This document shows, one piece after another, positions 57,119 through 64,000 of a DNA stretch of 64,000 bases. Numbering within the stretch: the first letter of the stretch is position 1; each line of letters starts with the position of its first letter. The DNA lies in the IMG/VR virus record IMGVR_UViG_3300023174_000057, positions 1 to 64,000 of that record; one strand, written 5' to 3'. Position numbers and translations under genes: made by a program. The stretch comes from a virus. Under the pieces are notes generated by a model. The model saw only the letters and a list, made by a program, of their open reading frames with translations, searched no databases and was not told the origin of the DNA.

Positions 57119-57868
57119 ATGCACGAACGGCGACACGCCTCTCGTACTTTTACTTGTGCCTGTGGCAAGATCGTCACGGGAAAAGTCCGTATGGGCGATG
57201 ACCTTTGTTTGGCCTGCCACCTCAACACTAGACCGAAGTATCCCCGTAAAGGGGTTGAAGTTCCGTGCGAGTGGTGCGGGAACTGGGTGTACCTAACCCG
57301 TTCGGCGCATCAATCTTCGGGCCATATTTTTTGCTCCAGAGAGCATAGCAACGAATGGTGGCGTCGGGATCAAGTTGTCTTGACGTGTAAGGTTTGTGGG
57401 AAAACACGCAGGGAGGCCAAATCCCACGCCAATCGGTACAAGGTGTCTTACTGTTCCTTGTCTTGCCGAAACTCTGACCCCGATATGAGGGAACAACTGC
57501 ATCAAGCCAGCTTGATGCAAGAAATCCTCTTTGAGTCCAGTGCCGAGAAATTGGGTTTTTCTTTTTTGGATGCGCTAGGTGTCAGCTACGAGAAACAACA
57601 TCCCATCAAAAGCAAGTTCATCGTCGATGCCTTGATACCACACGTCAAGGTGGTCTTGGAATTCGATGGGGACTACTGGCACGGAAATCCCACCCTCTAC
57701 AAGACGCCGGATGCGAGGCAAATTCGGCAGATGAAGCGGGATGCGGCTCGGGACACCTACTTGGGCTCATGTGGGTATCGGGTGGTTCGTATTTGGGAGT
57801 CCGACCTGAAGCGTAATGCCGATGCAGTCAAATCTCGTCTGTGCTCGATCCTCATGGTGTCTCAATGA
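57119..57868 (+). mobile_element. free-standing endonuclease gene (zinc fingers plus Vsr/DUF559-like domain)
   Basis: CxxC...FCS repeats, VLEFDGDYWHG, YRVVRIWE; visibly lower GC; inserted at the mre11 start. Confidence 0.8.
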
Positions 57869-58839
57869 TAACGCTTGTGTGGAGGACCGACGTACACCTG
57901 TCGGATCACACCCCCCGCTCGCGTACGGACAATTGGACGGACACGGTTCTTCGTAAGCTCTCCGACATCGGTGAGATCGCCCGCAAATCGGGTGCGAACG
58001 CCGTGATCGACGGCGGGGACTTCTTCGACATCAAGGCACCGGGCCGGAACTCTCACGCCTTGATTCAGCGGGTCATGGCCGTCCACCGGGACTACCCCTG
58101 CCCGGTGTTCGCGAACGTCGGCAACCACGACTGCGTGTACGGGGACTACAGCTACCTTCCGCAGCAACCTCTGGGAGTTCTGTACGAGGCCGGGACGTTC
58201 CGCCGTCTGTACGACGAGCACGAGGCCGTGTTCACCCTCCCCGGCATCAAGGTCCGGGTGGTGGGTGTGCCCTACCACGGGGTGAAGTACGACATGGACC
58301 GCCTTGCCCGGATCAAGAGGGGTGACGAGGACTACTTGGTGGTGGTCTGCCACCTGCTGGCCAGCCCGACGCAGTCCACCATGTTCGACGCCGAGGACGT
58401 GATCCGGTACGACACGCTGGACGACCTCCCCGACGTGGACGTGTGGGCCTTCGGTCACTGGCACAAGGACCAAGGGATCGAGCTCACCCCCGGCGGCAAG
58501 ACGGTGGTCAACATCGGGAGCCTCACCCGGGGGGCTCTCTCCCAAGACAACCTTGACCGGGTGCCCTCCGTGGCCGTGATGCGCTTCGACCGCGACGGGT
58601 TCACCGTCGAGAAGCTCTCCGTCCCCCACGCCCCGGCCAACGAGGTGTTCGACCTTGAGAAGCGGGACAAGGAGCAGATCCAGCAGACGATGATCGAGGA
58701 GTTCGTCGATCACCTGTCGCAGACCTTCGCCCCGTCAGCCCAGAAATCCCTCACGGATGCTGTGAGGGACATTCCCGGCGTGCCCGACTCCGTGCGCGAA
58801 AAGGCCATCAACTACATCGAGCGGGCGGGCGGGCGGTAG
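57865..58839 (+). CDS. Mre11/SbcD-like nuclease
   Basis: TDVHL, GGDFFD, VGNHD, FGHWH, GSLTR. Confidence 0.85.
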   Translation: MITLVWRTDVHLSDHTPRSRTDNWTDTVLRKLSDIGEIARKSGANAVIDGGDFFDIKAPGRNSHALIQRVMAVHRDYPCPVFANVGNHDCVYGDYSYLPQQPLGVLYEAGTFRRLYDEHEAVFTLPGIKVRVVGVPYHGVKYDMDRLARIKRGDEDYLVVVCHLLASPTQSTMFDAEDVIRYDTLDDLPDVDVWAFGHWHKDQGIELTPGGKTVVNIGSLTRGALSQDNLDRVPSVAVMRFDRDGFTVEKLSVPHAPANEVFDLEKRDKEQIQQTMIEEFVDHLSQTFAPSAQKSLTDAVRDIPGVPDSVREKAINYIERAGGR

Positions 58840-58848
58840 AGTTTCTGC

Positions 58849-59805
58849 GTGTCGCAGAGATACCTCTATTGGAGTTCACTGGAGCAGTACGAGCTCTGTC
58901 CCCGGTCTTTCCTCTGGGGTCATGGGTACGGGACCATCGACCTTGGGCGGGGGCCGGGTCGGTCGAAGGCCAAGCCCGAGAAGGACAGCAAGCACCACGC
59001 GGTGATGGGCATTGTGCTCGCCCGGGCCGTCGAGCACCTGTACAACGACGAGATGTGGCGCGAGCCCGAGACGCTCGTCCAGAAGCTCACGGACTTGGTG
59101 ACCCGCGAGTTCACCTTCGCCCTCAACGAGCACTACATCGATTGGAACGAGGCCCCGCCCAAGTCGGAAATGCTGGACGTGTGCTTGAAGGGGGTGACGG
59201 GCTACCTCAAGACGATGAAGGCCAACAGGCTCTTGGGTCCCTACGCCAAGAGCGAGGTGGACCTGACCGCATGGGTGGACCAGTACACGCCCGTGGGCGG
59301 GCGTCCCGATGTGATCGTCCGTCGTGACGACACCGGGATCACCATCCTCGATGGCAAGAACTCCCTCACCCCCGGCAAGTACACCAACCCCGACCAGCTT
59401 CGGTGGTACGCCCTCTGTTTCTACCTCGCGTACAACACCCTGCCCAACCGTCTGGCCTTCGTGTATTTCCGGTACCCCGAGGGGACACCTCCCAAGGATC
59501 ACCCGGAGGGTGCCCCGTGGACCGGGCTGGTAGAGGTTCCCTTCACCCGTGAGGACCTCAAGACCATCGGGGTGCGCGCCAAGGAGACGCACCGGGCGAT
59601 GCAGAAGGAGCTCTTCGACCCGTCCCCGTCTGCCAAGGCGTGTCGGTTCTGCGACTACAAGACGGTGTGCGACGCGGCGCATCAGCCCACCCCGCGCAAG
59701 CCGAAGTCTCTGCCCGTGGTCGAGGGCACGGTCGAGCACACGATTTCCAATTCTGACGGGATCGTTGAGTTCGGGTTCGACGTGGGCGTAAAGACCAAGC
59801 CATGA
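58849..59805 (+). CDS. PD-(D/E)XK (RecB/Cas4-like) exonuclease
   Basis: CPR, GRPDV...ILDGK, QLRWY, CRFCDYKTVC. Confidence 0.8.
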   Translation: MSQRYLYWSSLEQYELCPRSFLWGHGYGTIDLGRGPGRSKAKPEKDSKHHAVMGIVLARAVEHLYNDEMWREPETLVQKLTDLVTREFTFALNEHYIDWNEAPPKSEMLDVCLKGVTGYLKTMKANRLLGPYAKSEVDLTAWVDQYTPVGGRPDVIVRRDDTGITILDGKNSLTPGKYTNPDQLRWYALCFYLAYNTLPNRLAFVYFRYPEGTPPKDHPEGAPWTGLVEVPFTREDLKTIGVRAKETHRAMQKELFDPSPSAKACRFCDYKTVCDAAHQPTPRKPKSLPVVEGTVEHTISNSDGIVEFGFDVGVKTKP

Positions 59806-60080
59806 CCACCGCACCCGACTTGAAGGCTCGCCTTGACCTCGCGGTCAAGCGCCGGGACGACTTGGCCGCGAAGCGCCAACGGCTACTCATCCGTCTGGAG
59901 GAAGCAGAACGCTCGCTGGAGGAGCTCCGTGCCAAGTGTCGGGCCAAGAACATCGACCCGGACAAGCTGGACGAGGTGATCGCCAAGCTGACCACGTCTC
60001 TGGAGGCCACCGTGGCCAACTTGGAGGCGAAGCTGTCCGAGGCCGAGAAAGCCCTTGAACCCTTCACCAACAGAAAGTGA
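59802..60080 (+). CDS. small coiled-coil protein
   Basis: Heptad pattern. Confidence 0.65.
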   Translation: MTTAPDLKARLDLAVKRRDDLAAKRQRLLIRLEEAERSLEELRAKCRAKNIDPDKLDEVIAKLTTSLEATVANLEAKLSEAEKALEPFTNRK

Positions 60081-61204
60081 CCGTGACCGTGAACCTCAAC
60101 AGCACCGACCTCAACGCCGCGCTCAAGGTGGTCCGCACCACCGTGGGCTCATCCAGCGACATCTCGTCCCACTACGTCTTCCGCATCCGTGAGGGTGGTC
60201 TGGAGGTGCTCTCCTACGACGGGCGCACGTTCTCCTCGTGCGTCGTGCCGCACACCAAGAGCGACGAGGACATGACCTTCACGGTCGAGGCGAGGCGTGT
60301 CCACGTTCTCCTCGACAGCGTGGGTGACAACCAAGCTCTCGACGTGTCCGTGGCCGAGAGCGAGGTGGTCTTCCGCACCCCCCGTGGGAAGATGTCCTTC
60401 TCGTCCCTCGACCCGTCCCTGTTCCCCTACTGGGACGACGTTCTGGCTGGGGCCACGCTGACGGCTACGGTCCTCTCCGACCGTCTGCACGGCGCGCTCG
60501 GCCACGCCAAGCAGTTCATCTACGATCAGGAGAGCAAGAACCCCGGGCTGTGCGTGGCCGAGTTCCGTGGCGGGGTGCTCCACTGCACCGACCAGATGGC
60601 CGTGAGCTTCGTCAGGATGCCGGGGCTGGAGTCCTGCAAGCTGCGGGTCTTCGTGAAGGACCTCCCCAACGTCCTGTCATTTCTCGCCACGGCGAAGGGC
60701 GAGGACGTGGAGGTGCTGGAGTCCGACCGCGCGAGCTTCATCCGGCGCAAGGACGGGGCCGTGTTCGGTGAGGCCCTGTACGCGCATCGGTTCCCCGACA
60801 TCTCGGTGGATTGGTCGCTGGAAGACGACCAGACGTGGAGCATCTTCCAAGAAGAGCTCCTCGACGGGGTCAAGTTCCTTCAGTCCGGGGCGAGGACCGA
60901 CGAGCCCAAGGTTCGGTTCACCCGCGAGGGGGACAAGATCAACCTCGCGATGACCGCCGTCAGCGGCAAGCCCCTGCCCCTCTCTGTCCCCTTGGTGGAG
61001 TTCAAACAGAAGGACGGGGGCGTAACGGAGATGCCGACGTTCGCCGTGACGGACACCTACCTCTCCAAGATGCTCAACGGGAACATCAACACCAAGGTGT
61101 CGCTGGGCGTGACCAAGAAGGGCTCTGGGGGGTGGGTTCGTGTTCGCGACGACCGAGGCACGGACACCTACCACACCACGGTCGCATGGTTGAAGAACGC
61201 CTAA
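60077..61204 (+). CDS. DNA polymerase sliding clamp (beta-like)
   Basis: 375 aa with three-domain clamp pattern (LSYDG, FPYW, CTDQ, RFPD); clamp loaders nearby. Confidence 0.7.
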   Translation: MTVTVNLNSTDLNAALKVVRTTVGSSSDISSHYVFRIREGGLEVLSYDGRTFSSCVVPHTKSDEDMTFTVEARRVHVLLDSVGDNQALDVSVAESEVVFRTPRGKMSFSSLDPSLFPYWDDVLAGATLTATVLSDRLHGALGHAKQFIYDQESKNPGLCVAEFRGGVLHCTDQMAVSFVRMPGLESCKLRVFVKDLPNVLSFLATAKGEDVEVLESDRASFIRRKDGAVFGEALYAHRFPDISVDWSLEDDQTWSIFQEELLDGVKFLQSGARTDEPKVRFTREGDKINLAMTAVSGKPLPLSVPLVEFKQKDGGVTEMPTFAVTDTYLSKMLNGNINTKVSLGVTKKGSGGWVRVRDDRGTDTYHTTVAWLKNA

Positions 61205-61821
61205 GAACCCTCAACAACTCCCTGCGTCTTGCACAGGGCCGTCGCGAGGAAGTGCGACGGTCCCTGCAAGACGCACGGGATGCTGTGGCCCGCATCGAGA
61301 ACGAGTCACAGTTACTCGATCACGTCGCCGCCTTGCTCCACACCCTCATCGACGGAGAGATCACCGAAGGTGTAACCGCCATTCAGTCCCTTCAGACCGA
61401 GGGGGTTCGGGCGGTGTTCAACGATCAAGACCTCACGGTGAGAGCCGACGTGGAGGTGTCCCGGGGCAAGGTGAACGTGTCCCTCGTCACCACCCAGCGG
61501 AAAGAGAACGGGGACGTGATCGAGGGACTCGCCCTCGATGGGTTTGGCGGTGCCGTCAGCACCGTGCAGGGGATTCTCCTGCGGCTCGCCATCCTCTTCC
61601 GGCGCGGGCTACGTCCCGTGCTGTTCCTCGACGAGACGCTGCCAGCTTTCGATGATCGCTACGTCCACAACATGGCAGCGTTCCTCAAGACCCTCTGCAA
61701 GCGCATGGGCGTGGACATCCTGCTGGTGACCCACAACCCGACGTTGGTCGATGCCGGGGATCGTGCGTACCGTATCCGGCGGGACAAAGGGTTCTGCACG
61801 TTCCACAGGATCACCCCATGA
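61186..61821 (+). CDS. Rad50/SbcC C-terminal half (signature, Walker B, H-loop)
   Basis: GFGGAV, LFLDETL, ILLVTHN; no Walker A. Confidence 0.8.
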   Translation: MVEERLRTLNNSLRLAQGRREEVRRSLQDARDAVARIENESQLLDHVAALLHTLIDGEITEGVTAIQSLQTEGVRAVFNDQDLTVRADVEVSRGKVNVSLVTTQRKENGDVIEGLALDGFGGAVSTVQGILLRLAILFRRGLRPVLFLDETLPAFDDRYVHNMAAFLKTLCKRMGVDILLVTHNPTLVDAGDRAYRIRRDKGFCTFHRITP

Positions 61822-62384
61822 AAAGCGAAGGTCAGGTGCGCCACAAGCTCCAGCAGGTGACGTACCGCCACCTCCAGCGGGCTATCCGCACGAAGCTCTC
61901 CCGCCGACCCGAGAATTGCACGCACAACCGCCGTGTGAAGCTCCCGGTGATCGAAGACGAGATTCGGTACTGCCACGTTCGGAAAGACGCGGACGGCGAC
62001 GCTCTTGTCTGCGACGAGTGCTACGACGGGCTGGAGCGCGCCGCGCAGTGTCCCGCGTTTGAATGCGCCCACACCAAGGACGGGGTGAAGGCCGACTTCA
62101 CCGATTTCTTGCGGGGGTCCGACGTGGCGACCATCGCCGCCCAGTACCCGGACCTCGCGGCCCTTCTCTGGACGCTGGACGACGCCGACCCCGTACCCAT
62201 CGACGTGGGCACGGACCCCGACCCGCCGAAAGCCCCGGAACCCCCCGCCCCTCCGTACCAGATCCTCTACCTGCACCAAGATGGTGGCGCGGTCCCCGTC
62301 CCGATCATCCCCAACACCTTCCACCGGGCCGTGGTCCACAACCCGGTCACCTTCACGCTTCCCGCCGTCGAGGGTGACAAGTGA
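61818..62384 (+). CDS. Cys-containing hypothetical protein
   Basis: Coupled ORF. Confidence 0.6.
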   Translation: MKSEGQVRHKLQQVTYRHLQRAIRTKLSRRPENCTHNRRVKLPVIEDEIRYCHVRKDADGDALVCDECYDGLERAAQCPAFECAHTKDGVKADFTDFLRGSDVATIAAQYPDLAALLWTLDDADPVPIDVGTDPDPPKAPEPPAPPYQILYLHQDGGAVPVPIIPNTFHRAVVHNPVTFTLPAVEGDK

Positions 62385-62872
62385 GCCTCCTCCAATCGGT
62401 CAAGATGACGGGGGCGGCAAAGGGCGTCCCGCTGTTCGTCGAGGTGCCCGTCCACCCGGAGACCTCCCCCTACCTCGTGACGAGCAACAAGGGGCTGCTG
62501 TGGATCGACAGCAGCTTCAACGGGGTCTTGCGATCCGCCGTGCTGCGCTCGCCGTGGTCCACCGTCGCGGGCGACACCTCTGCGGCGGTGGTACGGGCCA
62601 TCCGTCAGCGGGGCACAGAACTGTCGTGGGGCAACGCCTTCCCGTTCACCGACGCGGGGGTGCGCGCGGCCCGTGAGTACCTCAAGACCTACGATCTCAA
62701 CGAGTGTGACCTACTTCACCGACCAGCGGCACCGTGGGTTCCCGAAGGCTGCGCCGTGCTGGTCCCGAAGGACCGTTCGTACCTTGGCATCGTCGGTGAG
62801 CTTGGGGAGGGCGCGCACACCGTGGTGATACACAACCCATCGCGCGGGATGGCCGTGCTGGGTGCGTGGTGA
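62381..62872 (+). CDS. hypothetical protein
   Basis: Coupled ORF. Confidence 0.6.
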   Translation: MSLLQSVKMTGAAKGVPLFVEVPVHPETSPYLVTSNKGLLWIDSSFNGVLRSAVLRSPWSTVAGDTSAAVVRAIRQRGTELSWGNAFPFTDAGVRAAREYLKTYDLNECDLLHRPAAPWVPEGCAVLVPKDRSYLGIVGELGEGAHTVVIHNPSRGMAVLGAW

Positions 62873-62902
62873 CGTTCTTTTGGCTATTCCCTTCCTACGC
62901 CC

Positions 62903-63526
62903 ATGGACACCCTGCGATCCAAGGTAATCCGGTTGGCCCACGAGAACCCAGAACTACGTCCTCACCTTCTCCCTCTTCTCAAGACGGCCAGTAGATCCTT
63001 GGATCAACTGCGGGCGGACTTGGAAAAGGTGAGTCAGGTTTCGTTCGCTCGGAACGTGCAAAACAATCGCCGCTACACCCCGGAGCAGAAGGCGAAGGCG
63101 GTGGAGAAGGCCGATGCCATTCTTCAGTCCGGGGAGGTGGACTACCTCCTCAAGATTTCCAACCGTGATACGGACCGCTTGACGGACATCTTGACCTTGA
63201 TCCGTTCGGGGGGGCCGAGGATCGGCACGGCGCATAGCAAGGCTGAAGATGACGCCGAGCGATACGTCCGCGAATTGGAGTTCTTGTCCAAGTTCAGCAC
63301 CCTTCCCGAGATGGTCCCCGTGGACCGTCAATTGATGACGGGCAAGTTCCACACGCGGGATTTCGGGGGTCTGGATACGCTGGCTCAACGGATTCAGTCG
63401 GTCAACACCGAGAATCAACTCAGCCGCGAAGATTCCGAGAGGCTCTTGGCCGAATGGCGTTCCCGCACCTTCGGTCCCGACAGGGGCAGCGACCCCCTCA
63501 ATTTCGGGGATCGTTACCGGGATTGA
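62903..63526 (+). CDS. tag-bearing hypothetical protein inserted among replication genes
   Basis: MDTLRSKVIRLAHENPELRPHLLPLLKTAS; CTAT 18 nt upstream. Confidence 0.8.
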   Translation: MDTLRSKVIRLAHENPELRPHLLPLLKTASRSLDQLRADLEKVSQVSFARNVQNNRRYTPEQKAKAVEKADAILQSGEVDYLLKISNRDTDRLTDILTLIRSGGPRIGTAHSKAEDDAERYVRELEFLSKFSTLPEMVPVDRQLMTGKFHTRDFGGLDTLAQRIQSVNTENQLSREDSERLLAEWRSRTFGPDRGSDPLNFGDRYRD

Positions 63527-63587
63527 TGCCGTGGTCCACCGTCGCGCGGGACACCTCCGCTGATGTCGTGCGGGCGTAACGTCCCCC

Positions 63588-64000
63588 GTGAACTCCCCCA
63601 TCGGTGAGTGGCTGGAAGCCCATCTCACCACCCTCCCCCTCTCCGAAGACTGCGAAGGCTACCTGCTGGGGCGAGGCGCGAGCCCCGACACCATCGAGCG
63701 GTTGGGCATCCGCGAGTGGGAGCCAGCATCTACCCCCGCTCCCAGCGAGCACTTCACGTCCCGCTACGGTCGGCACGGCGAGAAGCTGACCGAGATGGTC
63801 ACGATCCCCCTGCGTGGCCCCACGGGCACGCTCACGGGGATCGAAGCCCGTTCGTGGCACGAGAAGCGGGTGACGGACTTCCGGGTACCCGAGGCCGAGT
63901 GGAACCCCGTCGCTCTCGGCCTACCGAGGGCGGCGGAAGCCATGTGGGCGGGCGGGTCCGTGTGGGTGGTCGAGGGCGTGTACGACCTGTGCGCCTTGGA
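63588..64000 (+). CDS. DnaG-like TOPRIM primase, 3'-partial (not in ORF track)
   Basis: YLLGRG, TIPLR...GIEAR, VWVVEGVYDLCAL. Confidence 0.75.
   Translation, partial: MNSPIGEWLEAHLTTLPLSEDCEGYLLGRGASPDTIERLGIREWEPASTPAPSEHFTSRYGRHGEKLTEMVTIPLRGPTGTLTGIEARSWHEKRVTDFRVPEAEWNPVALGLPRAAEAMWAGGSVWVVEGVYDLCAL

Noticed and set aside
58849-59805. Cas4 as evidence for a CRISPR-Cas system
   Set aside because: No array or other cas genes; stand-alone Cas4-like nucleases are common in phage replication modules.
1-64000. A complete DGR (RT, Avd, template repeat) in this window
   Set aside because: No RT motifs and no AAC-rich template copy seen on either strand; only target-like segments are present.

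Overview
This window looks like part of a large, high-GC, tailed dsDNA phage (jumbo-like) genome. It has no rRNA, tRNA or CRISPR that I can see. About 1-15.8 kb is a patchwork of small accessory genes, many under a repeated GGTTAC-N~16-CCGT(G/T)G promoter-like motif, with dTMP kinase and a sigma factor. About 15.8-37.7 kb is mostly late/virion-type genes under a second CTAT-N~15-ATG motif: GroEL-like chaperonin, Dps-like protein, C39 peptidase polyprotein, spike-like protein and amidase. About 37.9-64 kb is DNA metabolism: MTase, SpeD, clamp-loader-like subunits, intein-containing class II RNR, RecD2, SSB, RuvC, RecA, split Rad50, Mre11, beta clamp and primase. Two systems stand out. (1) A split FGE-sulfatase/CLec protein: one scaffold gene stops right after the GNVWEW motif, and nine separate 46-58 aa mini-genes in three translationally coupled arrays each encode only the missing C-terminal RGGxW...GFR segment. 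The closest copies differ in an NNC-codon pattern typical of diversity-generating-retroelement (DGR) adenine mutagenesis. No RT or template repeat is visible in the window. (2) A portable ~25-aa tag (LRSKVIRLAHxNPxLRPHLLPLLKxA) is fused to nine unrelated proteins, usually with its own late-type promoter. It resembles a capsid-targeting/cleavable packaging signal. All calls come from reading motifs by eye; no database search was run.
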